This document shows, piece by piece, positions 21,290 to 35,300 of a stretch of DNA of 64,000 nucleotides; the stretch's first letter is position 1, and the number at the start of each line of letters is the position of its first letter. This stretch comes from Macrostomum lignano (lineage: Eukaryota), in the NCBI GenBank assembly GCA_002269645.1, contig NIVC01001049.1, forward strand, positions 1-64,000. Reading direction: 5' to 3'. The notes under the pieces were generated by a model that searched no databases, was not told the origin of the DNA, and saw only the letters and a program-made list of their open reading frames with translations. The position numbers and the translations under genes are program-made.

Positions 21290-24200
21290 GTGCGCCACCG
21301 CCGCCAGCTGATGAGGAGGCTGCAGTGGACAGTGCAGCTGCTGCCCATCGCCGGAAACCCGCCAGACTCGATAGTCCAGATGCTGCTGCTGCCCAGGTGC
21401 GGCCAACACCGCGGCCTAAAAGCCGAATTGTTGAGGCCGTTGCTGCTGCTGATGAGGGTCACGACAGGTGAGGCTCTCGTTATGAACTTCTCTCTGTGCG
21501 AATCCCGGTTGAGTCGCTAATTTGATTGATCATTATTTTCAGTCCTTGCCTATTAGTCACGCCCTGACCCATTAGAGTCACTCTCTGACCCACTGGAGAG
21601 TCACTCCCTGACCTACTAGAGAGTCACTCCCTGACCCACTGGAGAGTCACTCCCTGATCCACTGGAGAGTCACTCCCTGACCCACTGGAGAGTCACTCCC
21701 TGATCCACTGGAGAGTCACTCCCTAACTGCACGGAAGAGTCACTCCCTGACCTACTGGAGAGTCACTCCCTGACCCACTGGAGAGTCACTCCCTGACCTA
21801 CTGGAGAGTCACTCCCTGACCCACTGGAGAGTCACTCCCTGACCCACTGAAGAGTCACTCCCTAACCGCACGGAAGAGTCACTCCCTGACCCACTGGAGA
21901 GTCACTCCCTGACCTACTGGAGAGTCACTCCCTGACCCACTGGAGAGTCACTCCCTGACCCACTGGAGAGTCACTCCCTGACCCACTGGACAGTCACTCC
22001 CTGACCCATTGGAGAGTCACTCCCTGACCCACTAGAGAGTCACTCCCTGACCCACTGGAGAGTCACTCCCTGACCCACTAGAGAGTCACTCCCTGACCCA
22101 CTGGAGAGTCACTCCCTGACCCATTGGAGAGTCACTCCCTGACCTACTGGAGAGTCACTCCCTGACCCACTGGAGAGTCACTCCCTGACCTACTGGAGAG
22201 TCACTCCCTGACCCACTGGAGAGTCACTCCCTGACCCACTGGAGAGTCACTCCCTGACCCATTGGAGAGTCACTCCCTGACCCATTGGAGAGTCACTCCC
22301 TGACCCATTGGAGAGTCACTCCCTGACCCACTGGAGAGTCATTCTTCCCACTCTGCAGGCGCAAGGACGAAAAGCCGTCACTAAAGCCGCCGCCGGCTCG
22401 CCCGAAAATCAAGGAGGCTGTCGATTCCGCCCCGGCCGCTCCCGCCGCCCCCGCCGCCGCGTCGCCCCGCCGGTCCCCGTGGCCGAAGCAGCTGCTGTCC
22501 GACTCGGAGGCGTGCGCGGCCACCGTCCGCTTGCTGTGCAGCCGCTCCGTGCTGGACAACAACTTCGCCGTGCTGGACTGCCTGCAGCGGGACCAGTCCG
22601 TGGCCGACCGCGTCCCCTCCGCCTGCCAGCACGAGATCTGGCAGCTGAAGTTCAACCTCACCCACAATGTCAAGTTTGACTTGGCCGCCAACGGTGCCTG
22701 CCAGGAGGACCTGCAGCGCCTGAGCGACTGCAACGGCCTGCAGCCCGGCCAGGGCCTGCGCGTCTCCTGCCTGATCGAGAACAGCCGCAAGGTTCGATCC
22801 CCGGACTGCGTGGCCCTGCTCAGGCGCCTGGAGCCCATCGTGTTCAGCGACTTCCGGCTGGTCCGGCCCTTCGCCAAGGCCTGCTCCGAGGATGTGCAAC
22901 GGCTGCGCTGCGGCCGCCTCGGCACCCAGCCTTCAACGGAAGCTGAGGAAGTTGAGAACAGCCTGCCGAAGAGCCAGGTGGGCTGGGAGCTTGGATGAGC
23001 AATGAAATTTCTAGCTCTGAGCAGGATATTGGAAATTGGAACCTGACAACCCTGAAACCTTCCAACACAACCCTGAAACCTTCCAACACAACCCTGAAAC
23101 CTTCCAACACCACCCTGAAACCTTCCAACACAACCTGGAACCTCCAGACAAGCCTCACCGCACCCCGGAACCTCCAGACAAGCCTCACCGCACCCCGGAA
23201 CCTCCATCCAGACAAGCCTCACCGCACCCCGGAACCTCCATCCAGACAAGCCTCACCGCACCCCGGAACCTCCAGACAAGCCTCACCGCACCCCGGAACC
23301 TTCAGACAAGCCTCACCGCACCCTGGAACCTCCAGACAAGCCTCACCGCACCCCGGAACCTCCAGACAAGCCTCACCGCACCCCAGAACCTTCAGACAAG
23401 CCTCACCGCACCCCGGAACCTCCATCCAGACAAGCCTCACTGCATCCCGGAACCTCCATCCAGACAAGCCTCACTGCATCCCGGAACCTCCAGACAAGCC
23501 TCACCGCACCCCGGAACCTTCAGACAAGCCTCACCGCACCCCGGAACCTTCAGACAAGCCTCACCGCACCCGGAACCTCCAGACAAGCCTCACCGCACCC
23601 CAGAACCTCCAGACAAGCCTCACCGCACCCCGGAACCTCCAGACAAGCCTCACCGCACCCCGGAACCTTCAGACAAGCCTCACCGCACCCCGGAACCTCC
23701 AGACAAGCCTCACCGCACCCCGGAACCTTCAGACAAGCCTCACCGCACCCCGGAACCTCCAGACAAGCCTCACCGCACCCCAGAACCTCCAGACAAGCCT
23801 CACCGCACCCCGCACCCTTGCAGGGCAAGACCATCGCCTGCCTGAGCCGCAGGGCCAGCGACCTCGGCAAGTCCTGCCGCCACCAGCTGCTCCGCCTCGC
23901 TGAGCTGCAGTCGGACGATTTCCAAAACGACAGGCAGCTGTTCTACGCCTGCCGCGAGGACCGCGAGCGCCTCTGCGGTGACGTCACCTCAGGCGACGGC
24001 CGGGTGTTCAGCTGCCTTGGCCGGCAGGCGCCCGACTCGCTGTCCGGTGGCTGCAAGAAGGAGCTGCAGCGGGTGCACTCGCTGATGCAGTACGACTACA
24101 GGGTTGAGCACCGGTTCGCCCAGGCCTGCCAGGACGACTTGAAGAAGCACGAATGCGACGTGGGCAGCGAGGATGACACCAAGGAGCACGGGATGGTGCG

Positions 24201-27200
24201 GGCGCTGCTGTGCTTGGAGAACGCCATCATGACCCAGGGCGCAGAAGCTGTGGACACCGAGTGCAAGCGCCAGATGCTCAAGGTTTGTCCTGGGCTGTTT
24301 GGGAATGTTGGGAAAGCTTTTCTTCACTGGGGGGGGGGGTAATTTAATATGGAAATTGGCTTTAAATGGTAATTAATCTCCCTATAGGATAATCCAGTCT
24401 GGAGATAATCTCCCTATGGGATAATCCAGTCAGTCAGGAAAGTCATGCAATCCGAAATCCCACGGGCCAAGCCAGCCATCTGCTCGGGAACCCGCAGGTG
24501 CGAGCCGAGTACCTGTCGGAGCCGGAGCTGGAGCCAGAGCTGAAGAAGAAGTGCTCACCGCAGATTGAGTACTGCCGCAAGGAGGAGTCCGTCCACGACC
24601 AGCAGCTGCTGCACTGCATCATGCGCCGAGTGCAGGAGGCCACGGACCCCGACAGCGTGGCCGAATGCGGCGCCGCAGTCGCCAAGCTGCTGCGGGTTGC
24701 CATGCCAACCAGGAACCTGCAGGTGGACCCGGTGCTGACCGAGAGCTGTCGCGGCGAGCTGGACTCGAAGTGCGCCCGCTCGGAGCACAAGAACGGCTAC
24801 GTCTGCCTGAAGACCCTCGTTGCCAACGAGCCCGAGTCGGTTGGCCGCGAGTGCGCCGACCGCCTCGCTGAGCTGGAGTACTTCGAGAACCGCGACTTCA
24901 AGCTCAACGACCGGCTGTACAGGGCCTGCAGGCAGCCGGCCGCCTCTCTCTGCAACGCCAGCAAGGACTGGTTCCAGACTGACCGCGACCAGGGCTACCA
25001 GCCCGCCGCTGTGGTCTACAACTGCCTCTTCCACCACATGCACAGGGCTGGCAACAGGTGGGCGGCCTCATCTACCAGCCTCCCATTCTCAATTTCCAGC
25101 CTTCCATTCTCCATCTCCTAAAATCTCATTCTTTATCTCCCAGCATCCTAACCTCCTACTTGCCATCTCAAAAAATCCCATTCTTCATTTCCCAGCATCC
25201 TAGCCTCCTACTGGCCATCTCAAAAAATCCCATTCTACATCTCCCAGCATCCTAGCCTCCTACTGGCCATCTCAAAAAATTCCATTCTTCATCTCCCAGC
25301 ATCCTAGCCTCCTACTGGCCATCTCAAAAAATCCCATTTTTTATCTCCCAGCCTCCTAGCTTCCTACTGGCCATCTCAAAAATCCCATTCTTAATCTACC
25401 AGCCTCCTAGCCTCCTATTCTTCATCTTCCAGCTTCCAATTCTCAATCTCCCAATTTTCCATTCTCCATCTCAAAGAATCCCATTCTTTATCTCCCAGCA
25501 TCCTACTCGTAGCCTCCCATTCCTCATCTCCAGCCTCCCATTCTCCACTTCCAGCGTTCCTATCTCCTTTCCAAGAATTCTATTCTTCATTTCCATCCTC
25601 CCATTCTCCATCCCACAGCCTTCGATTCTCCATTTCCCAGCATCCAATTCTCCAAATCTGCAGTTTGTACAGCTTCATCATCCAGCCTTCCAATACCCAC
25701 CCCGCAGCAAAGTGCCGCAGGACTGCAGCAAGGAGCTGATCCGCAGCCTGGAGGAGCGGGCCAGCCGAGTCAAGCTGGACCCCCGGCTGTACGGGCCCTG
25801 CATCACGGACCTGTCCAACAGGTGCATGAAAGACTCCGGCACTGGCAAAGAGTTCCGCTGTCTGCAGGACAACTTGCCGGAGCTCGCCGAGTCCTGCAGG
25901 GCCGCCGTCCGCGAACTCACAGCCGCCGCTAGCCGCGACATCCGGCTGAGCCCCGATGCCATCATGGTGCGCAGCTGCCTGCCTTTTGCCCAGGCCCACT
26001 GCAACAAGGACTCCGAATCAGCTGGTGAGGGTGAGGGCGTCGTCAGAGCTTGCGTTTCCTACTGCTACGTTATCACCCACCCACTGCTACGTTATCACCC
26101 TCCCACAGCTCGGTGATCACCCACCCACAGCTCGGTGATCACCCACCCACAGCTTGGTGATCACACACTCACATCTCGGTGATCACCCACCCACAGCTCG
26201 GTGATCACCCACCAACCAACAGCTCGGTGATCACCCACCCACAGCTCGGTGATCACCCACAAACAGCTCAGTGATCACCCACCCACAGCTCGGTGATCAC
26301 CCACTCACTGCTCGGTGATCACCCACCCACAGCTCGGTGATCACCCACCCACAGCTCGGTGATCACCCACAAACAGCTCAGTGATCACCCACCCACAGCT
26401 CGGTGATCACCCACTCACTGCTCGGTGATCACCCACCAACAGCTCGACCCGTAAAAAATCACACAAGAGGCACCCCAATCACACAAGAGGCACCCCAATC
26501 ACAAAAGTGGCACCCAAATCACTGATTCGCACTCTTACCTTTCCTTACCCCTCTTACCCCGCCCAGACTCCACCATGGAGTGCCTCATCCGGCTGCTGAA
26601 GCACCCCGACATGCCGGAGAAGTGCCGGGCCGGGGTTGCGCACCACCAGCTCATCGCCCTGGACGACGTGAGCTTCTCGTACGCCTTCTCGCAAGCCTGC
26701 GGCCCCACCATCACCGGCCAGTGTCCGGGCGTGGCCACCAAAAAGGACGCCGTCCGCTGCCTGTCCGAGATGGTGCGCAACGACACCCTGACTGAGCAGA
26801 CCCAGCGGGTGCCGGCCAAGTGCCGCGCCAAGCTCACCTTCGAGATGCTGCAGCGCGGCCAGTCCGTGGACCTGGACCCCCGGCTCCAGCGGGCCTGCAA
26901 AGCCGACCTGGAGAGCGTCTGCAGCGACGCCGCCGACCCGCTGGCCTGCCTGAAGGACAATGTCCGCAGCCTCAGCCCCCGCTGCCACCGGGTGGTGTTC
27001 CGCCGGCAGAAGATGCAGATGGACATGCCGACCTACGATGCCAGGCTGATGAAGCGCTGCCGGGCCATGATCAGCCAGCACTGCTCCGAGAAGGCCGGCA
27101 ACCCCACCGAGCTGTTCACCTGCCTGCGCGAGCGAATGCACGACGATGACTTTGACAAGCGCTGCCGCAGGGTCATTTACAAGCGGCTGCGAGTGCAGCA

Positions 27201-28545
27201 GACCGACTATGAGCTCAACCCGGAGCTTAAGAGGGCCTGCCGGCGCGACATCACCAAGTGAGCACTCCACACTGATAGTGTGTCACTCCGCAGTGATATT
27301 GTGTCACTCCGCAGTGATAGCGTGTCACTCCGCATTGATAGTGTGTCACTCCGCATTTATAGCGTGTCACTCCGCATTGATAGTGTGTCACTCCGCATTG
27401 ATAGTGTGTCACTTTCTAGTGTTTGATGTGTCTGTCAGTGATGCTGTGTCACTATCCATTGTCATGTGCCACTCTGCACTCCCATTTGTCACTCTGCATT
27501 CCCATGTGCCACTCTGCATTCCCATGTGCCACTCTGCATTCCCATGTGCCACTCTGCACTCCCATGTGTCACTCTGCATTCCCATGTGTCACTCTGCATT
27601 CCCATATGCCACTCTGCATTCCCATGTGCCACTCTGCATTCCCATGTGCCACTCTGCACTCCCATGTGTCACTCTGCATTTCCATGTGCCACTCTGCATT
27701 CCCATGTGCCACTCTGCATTCCCATGTGTCACTCTGCATTCCCATGTGCCACTCTGCATTCCCATGTGTCACTCTGCATCGCCAGGTACTGCTCCAAGGA
27801 GCTGAAGTCGGCCGGGGACAACCGGTTCAAGTCCACGCAGGACCAGCTGCAGGACACGGTGATGCAGTGCCTGCGCCGCGTCAGCACCGAGGGCAAGCAG
27901 CCGCTGCGGCAGCGCTGCCACCGCTACCTGCGTGACATCCTGTTCGAGTACAACATGAACTACCGGCTGGAGCCGCGCCTGGCCCGCGCCTGCAAGCCGG
28001 TGGTGCAGCAGCTCTGCCAGGAGGAGGCTGCGGACGCCGAGCCGGAGACGGGCGCCGGCGGCAGCCTGCTGGGCGTCACCGAGTGCTTGAAGCGGGCCGC
28101 CGCCCAGGACAAAATCCCCAAGGAGCACGCGGCCTGCCGTCACGAGGTGCTGCTGCTGTTCAAGGACATGGGCGCCGACATCCACGTGGACCCGGTGTTG
28201 TACCAGGCCTGCTCCTTCGAGATCCGCAACCTGTGCCGCGGCGTGCCGCTGGGCAACGGCCGGCAGATGTCCTGCGCAGTCAGCCTGTTCAAGGACAGCC
28301 AGGCCAACCAGATGATCTCCAAGCGCTGCCGCGACCGCCTCAAGGAGCGCGTGGACCTCATGGAGGCCGCCTTCAAGGCCGCCCCTCCGGAGAGTCTGCA
28401 CGACGTGATGGGGCAGATGTCGGCCTCGCCATCCCGGATGTACTTCCTGCTGGTGGGGCTGCTGCTGGTCCTCGGTCTGCTGGTTGTCGGCATCTGCGCC
28501 GGCCGCGTGACCAAGCGAGTCCAAGTGGATATGAAAAACCGCTGA
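21290..28545 (+). CDS. GLG1: Golgi glycoprotein 1 (GLG1/ESL-1/CFR); signal-peptide exon not identified
   Basis: Exons ~21290-21469, 22359-22977, 23826-24282, 24499-25057, 25709-26025, 26567-27259, 27785-28545. Cys-rich GLG1 repeats (NNFAVLDCLQ, DVHxDPxLYQAC pattern); C-terminal TM followed by GRVTKRVQVDMKNR*. Confidence 0.95.
21560..22345. repeat. 23-bp intronic minisatellite (GAGAGTCACTCCCTGACCCACTG)
   Basis: Tandem periodicity. Confidence 0.9.
23040..23815. repeat. Intronic minisatellite (CCAGACAAGCCTCACCGCACCCCGGAACCT)
   Basis: ~30-bp periodicity. Confidence 0.9.
26110..26450. repeat. Intronic minisatellite (CACAGCTCGGTGATCACCCACC)
   Basis: Tandem periodicity. Confidence 0.85.
27265..27780. 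repeat. Intronic minisatellites (TGTCACTCCGCATTGATAG; CCCATGTGCCACTCTGCATT)
   Basis: Tandem periodicity. Confidence 0.85.
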
Positions 28546-31500
28546 GTAGCTTCGATTAGGATTTGCCTACTAACAGTAGCTTGCAGCGTATTTTAGCTAG
28601 ATTATATCGATAGACTGGGCTACTGGCTGGGTGTTGGAATGGACTTGATTGCCCCATTAGCCCCCGAGTCACGTGAGAATTCGACCAGCCACTCTGCATT
28701 CCCACAGCCGCCCATATTCTCTTGTTGCTGTTGTTGTCCTTGTATTTGTTAAAATCCTGCAACTTTATTGCTTAGTTAGACATCATATTTAACCGGCCGT
28801 CTCTTTTCTGTCTATGATTTGCATCTTAGCTACTGTTAGTAGACTATAAGTGCTCGACTTACTTTCATTTTTCATTTTTATTGGTTTTGTTTTTTATCCA
28901 TTAAATTCAAGCAGTTTGGAGCTGTTAAACTAGTAAGGCGCTTAGCACAATACTTGCAGTAGCGGATTTGAGAGAAAGTTTTTCCTTTTTCTACAATATT
29001 GTTGTCGCAGTAATAAAGTGATGTATATGTTGTTTTTTTATTTGACGCTTACTATAAAATTTTGTAATATTTGTGTTTTCCTTCTGTTTTGTCCGAGAGT
29101 TCGAAGCCTGAGCCGTTGCTCTTGTTCGCCCCCCCCCCCAGTGTGTGGCTTCTGTTTGCCTTGACGTTGCTTCTTTGCGAATTTCTGCTTCTAAATTGGC
29201 CCAGAAAATTTATGCATGAACTGTTTACGCGGAGTCGTGTTGTTTTTCTACTCTTTTTCTCTGAATCGACCGCTTTTTTGCGCGTGCCCGAGATTGGGAC
29301 TAACTGAGCCGACCCCGGTAGCCAATCGGAGTTGCCCGGCCTTGGCCTGCCAGCCAATCAGAGCGAGGCAGGCCCGGCAAGCAGCAGCTGCCCCCTCATC
29401 ATTTTTTAAATCTTGGACCATACCACATTATTTACTCTTGCTCGAAACTTTCTCATTCGCTGTTGGCTGAAGTGCAACGTAAACCCGACCGATATCGAAA
29501 TACCGACCGTTTACCTGTCTGATATGAGTTCAGGCCTCATTCTAATCTTTGTTTTTGTGTCTTTATTGCTAATTGACTCTTCACAGTTTGCTGTATTTCT
29601 GTGTTATCCACCTAATAAAAATATCAAATTCTATTCGAAAGCAAAATACACTTTAAGCCACGGCTTCTTATCATCAAAAGGCTCTTTGAACTTTTTTGTT
29701 ATACATTTCAGATATCATTACGCCAATGCCGCTTGAGGTTGCCTTTAATATTCTGGTCTGTTTCATTCGACTGTCTAAAACCTGCTTGGTCTTGTTACCT
29801 GCAACGACTTCATCAACGAGGGCATCAGAGTCAGAGATATCCGGGGGCATCGCATTCCAGCTTGCCATTGACTTTTAAGTGTGATGCTATGGCGCTCAAC
29901 ACAAGTACAAAGTCATCGAAGGCACTTGAGGGGGACATGCAAGCGGGCCAGGAATAAATCCAAAACTACATGGATGCATGTTCAACCACCAGATTCCCCC
30001 CCCCCCCGGTGAGTGAAAAGCTACTTTAATTGTACAGGACCTTGTTGCTGCGGTTCTTTTACGAAGTCTGCAAACAAGATGGATTGTCTCCATCGCCGCA
30101 GGACTAAAACGTATTGCCTGTACCAGCAGTAAACAATCACGCGCGTACATGTACTTGTGGACTTCTTTGGTGGTCAGCTACACTTCAATTAAATCATAAT
30201 CACGTACTCAATAAATGCTGCAGTGAAGATTTCTTCCAAAACAATGTCTAGATCTTAAGTCAAAGCGCAGGAGTGCTACGTACATGTAAATAACACGATT
30301 TCCAGGCATACTAAAGAGATAATAAAACTATATATACATGTATTACAGCTATGATTATATCCATCAAGCTCATATCCAAGATCTTATATCTTATATATCT
30401 TATAAGATCTTATATCCAAGAAGCCCAAATTAAGGATGCAAATTTCAAACTTTGCCTTTATAAAAAAGCCCTAAACTAAATTTGTGAAGAATAAAGCTTG
30501 AAACTTGACTAACTGGTTCAAAAGTTTACACTAAATGAACAAATTTGCAGCTTTACGCGTTGTCTTCGGAAAGATGAATTAAAATTCACACAATGAGACT
30601 GAGCCTATGTCGTAAGTAAATAAAGAATTTATATTGTTAAATAGCATTTTTCTAAAGGAAATTCGAAGAAATTATTAAATCATAATTTAACCTTGATCGA
30701 GTCTGGTCAAGCCCCTAGTACTCGTCTTCGTCAATCTTACACTATTTCAATTTTATAATACTAATATGCTAAAAAAAATTTAAAAATTTATAAAAACATA
30801 AGCTATGCAGCGTTTTAATAAATTATTTATGTAAAATGAAAAGTTATTTGTTTTTTCATTCTTCTGAGAGCGCGAAAATTTAAGCTTAAAAGTTCATAAG
30901 AATGACCTCTCTTTGAACCCTATTTTTTACCGCTTACTAAGGTGCATTTGCCCGTTGCACCGTAGCTCTAGCAGCTCTACCTCGTTAACACGAAGAAATA
31001 TATTAGTCATCGCTCAGCACGTTGTAGACCTTGAAAACTCGCTTATTAATTTCAGAATAATGTTTTGCTGGTTTTGACTTTCATAGGCTTAAATCCAATT
31101 GTTGGATGCCCCCTGATTCCACTAGATTAATTTGAGAAAAATTTAAATATCTACAATATAAAAATTAAGAAATGTATTCAAGATTTATTGGTAGTGGACG
31201 ACAGCTCTTTTCTACAATATATTCAGTGAGTGATGTATGATGCTGCTAGTATGAGTACTTACTGGGCCTAACTAGTAATACTACTATGAAAAGGCCTATT
31301 ATATGTGCTAAAATGCAATGCATCTTAAAGAGAACACCTTTTGTTTTTATATCGATATTTTTTGTGATATTTTTGTATTTATTTACATAATTTTTTGACC
31401 AATATAAAATTCAATTCCTACATAAATCAGAATGCTCAAAGGGCCAAACCAAAATCATAAAAGTTTATCAAGGGATTTTGAACAATTAATTTTTTTGTGT

Positions 31501-32369
31501 TTTCTTTTAATGCAACTCTGCAGTTTAAAAACATATTTATAATCAATTTGTTTTTCTAAATCACAAGACTTTGATTTGCCTAGGCTTTTTAAGTCTAAAA
31601 GCATTTGTTTTAATGGCCTTGCAAATACTTTATTTTTTATATTTATAATTTGATAGTATTGTAATAAATAAAATGAATACATGTATAATTTATTACTTTT
31701 TTCAATAGTTTTGATAAATAATATGCTTTATTGTTAGAAGTTGATATTTAAAATGGCTTTTTATTCTAACAGTATAATTTATTCTTTTTTTACTCAATAT
31801 TAAGTACAACTTTTTTCAAAAAAAAAATTTCAACTTTTTTCAAATTATTCTTTAAATAGAAGTAGGAGTCTATCTATCACTAATATTATACATGCGCAAT
31901 GGACGATCCAGCCACTGGCAAGGGGCCCAGCTAATGCAAGTCACAAAAATGGCTACCCAAAAATTACTGGTGAAGTACTACTTAGATGACAAGGCATTTG
32001 GCTTTTTTAATACAGTTATAGTTACTCCTGCCGTTTACCCAAGATTACGTTTATTTTGCCTAGGTTTCTTTCATAGGCAAGCGAGTAAGTCGCATGGCCA
32101 GTCTAAATCAGGGGGGTTGCGCCCATATGAGTAATATATTTCATTATCTATTAAAATGCCTCTCATCTTGCATAGGGGCCTACCTAACCTTACATTTTAG
32201 CAATTTCTTTGATTTTTTTTTTGGCTTTTCTTCAAGTCCGATAGTCTTAGGCTCAAGAGTAGACACTTCAGAAGTAATAAATGTTTCCAGGCTGCTTAAA
32301 ACAGCTGCTTTGAGTCTGAAAATTTTTATTTTTTTATATGGAGAAACACTTTCCTGCACTTAATTTTAG

Positions 32370-35300
32370 ACTGTCAGCCAGCAGCAAAGACGGCAGTTCA
32401 ATGTGCATGAGCACACTGCCATGAGCCTGCTCAGGAAGAATGGGATTCTGGTGCCCGACTTTGAGCTGGCCAGCTCTGCTGATGAGGTCTACGCATTTGC
32501 TAGAGAGCTCGGTGAGCTGGGCTGCGATGCATTGAATCAGATCGCTACCAACCTCCCCCCCCCCAACTCACTGGGACCACCACCCCAAACTCACTGGGAC
32601 CGCCACCCCAAACTCACTGGGACCGCCACCCCAAACTCACTGGGATCGCCACCCCAAACTCACTGGGACCGCCACCCCAAACTCACTGGGACCGCCACCC
32701 CAAACTCACTGGGACCGCCACCCCAAACTCACTGGGACCGCCACCCCAAACTCACTGGGACCGCCACCCCAAACTCACTGGGACCGCCACCCCAAACTCA
32801 CTGGGACCGCCACCCCAAACTCACTGGGACCGCCACCCCAAACTCACTGGGACCGCCACCCCGCGTACTCCGTCAGAGCGGCGCACCGGCAGGCCGCAGG
32901 TGATGCTGAAGGCGCAGGTGCTGGCAGGCGGGCGGTCCCGCGGCGAGTGGAGCAGCGGCCTGGCCGGCGGCGGCGTCCGTCTGGCGGCTGGGGCGGATGA
33001 AGCGCGGCTGCTGGCGCAGGGGATGCTGGGCCACCGGCTGCGCACCCGGCAGACGGGTCCGGAGGGCCGGCCCTGCCACCGCCTGCTTGTGGTGAAGCCG
33101 GCCAAGCCGGTGCGCGAGTTCTACCTGGCGGTTGCCATGGATACGGGGGGCAGCGGCGGCCCGATCCTTATGGCCGCTCGGCTCGGCGGCACCGGCATCG
33201 AGGAGGCGGCGTCCAGCGTGGTGGCCCGGCCGCTGGGCCCGGAGGCGGCGCTGTCCGGGGCGGGCGCGGCCGAGGTGGCGGAGCGGGTGCTGGGGCTGGC
33301 CGGCCGGGAGGCGGAGTCCGCGGCGCGATTCGCTCAGCAGCTCTGCAGGATGTTCAGCGCTTCTGACGCCACGCTGCTGGAGGTGAACCCGGCGGCTGTG
33401 GACTCGCACGGCCAGGGTGAGTCTCCGTTTGCATTGCCCGCTGCTGACTGCTGTTAGTAGCAGCGCTGGAGTTTTGTTCTTGTGGATTTCATCACGATAA
33501 GTCGTTGACTTACCGCATTCATTATTAGCGGTCGATGGGAGATTTTTGAGACATTGTTCCCGCTGCGTGGGGATTAAGTATATCGTAGATAGGAGCTCAT
33601 AACCATAGGATCTCTACTATGGAATGTATCTATTTATGGGACAAATCTCCTATAGAATAAATCTCCCTAAAGAATCAATCTCCCCATAGGATAAATCTCC
33701 TTATATGATAAATCTCCCCTATGCAATAAATCTCCCCATGAGATAAATCTCCTCATAGGATAAATTTCCCCTTAGGATAAATCTCCCCATACGATAAATC
33801 TCCCATAGGATAAATCTCCCCATACATGTAGGATAAATCTCAACATAGAATAATCTCCCCATAGGATAAATCTCCCAAGGGATAAATCTCCTATAGGAAA
33901 AATCTCCCTATGCAATAAATCTCCCCTAGATAATTTCCCCACTCCAAACCCGCAGTGCTGTGCCTGGACTGCAAGCTCAACGTGGACTCGAACGCGCGCT
34001 TCCGCCAGCCGGAGCTCTGCAGCGCCCGCGACTGGGCCCAGGAGGACCCGCGCGACGCTACGGCGGCCGGCTGCGGCCTGAAGTACGTCGGCATGGATGG
34101 CGACATCGGCTGCCTGGTGAACGGCGCGGGCCTGGCCATGGCCACCATGGACATCGTCAAGCTGCACGGCGGCGAGCCCGCCAACTTCCTTGACGTCGGC
34201 GGCACCGTCACGGCCAAGCAGGTGGCGCAGGCGCTGGACATCATCGGCTCGGACGGCCGCGTCACCGCCGCGCTGGTGAACATCTTCGGCGGCATCGTCC
34301 GCTGCGACGTCGTGGCGGAGGGCCTCGTCTCCGCGCTGCAGCGCCTTCGGCCTGGCCTGCCCGTGGTGGTCCGGCTGCAGGGCAACCGCGGCAGCGAGGC
34401 CAGGCAGCTGCTGCGCAGGGAGAGCGGCGCCGCCGTCAGCGTCTGCGAGTGCCTGGACGAGGCGGCCAGGATGGTAAGGACTGCGGAGTCCTTGGCGCTG
34501 GCTTCCTTGGGAGGGTTTGCTCTTGGTCATACTGTGCTCATGGTCATTGTGTGCTCATGGTTGTTGTGTGCTCATGGTAATGCTGTGCTCATGGTCACGC
34601 TGTGCTCATGGTCATTGTGTGCTCATGGTCATGCTGTGCTCATTGTCATTGTGTGCTCATGGTCATGCTGTGCTCATGGTCATTGTGTGCTCATGGTCAT
34701 GCTGTGCTCATTGTCATTGTGTGCTCATGGTTATGCTGTGCTCATGGTCATACTGTGCTTATGGTTATGCTGTGCTCATGGTCATGCTGTGCTCATGGTC
34801 ATGCTGTGCTCATGGTCATGCTGTGCTCATAGTCATGCTGTGCTCATGGTCATTGTGTGCTCATGGTCATGCTGTGCTCATGGTTGTTGTGTTCTCATGG
34901 TTGTTGTGTTCTCATGGTCATGCTGTGCTCATGGTCATGCTGTGCTCATGGTCATGCTGTGCTCATAGTCATGCTGTGCTCATGGTCATTGTGTGCTCAT
35001 GGTCATGCTGTGCTCATGGTCATGCTGTGCTCATGGTCATGCTGTGCTCATGATCATGCTGTGCTCATGGTCATGCTGTGCTCATGGTCATGCTCATGGT
35101 CATGCTGTGCTCATGATCATGCTGTGCTCATGGTCATGCTGTGCTCATGGTCATGCTGTGCTCATGATCATGCTGTGCTCATGGTTATGCTGTGCTCATA
35201 TACATGATCTGATGTCTTTATAAATCCCCTATATAAACACAGCAACCCGAAGGTCAAGCAGTGCGCTTTCTCCTGAGCAGCCAGAAGGAGTTTCGTACAG

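Noticed and set aside
27769-28524. Long antisense ORFs over GLG1, SUCLA2, IFIT-like and DSTYK exons (for example 27769..28524, 54582..55598)
   Set aside because: Expected shadow ORFs of GC3-rich coding sequence.
29300-29400. CCAAT-box cluster as a promoter or solo LTR
   Set aside because: No termini, TSD or linked first exon could be identified.
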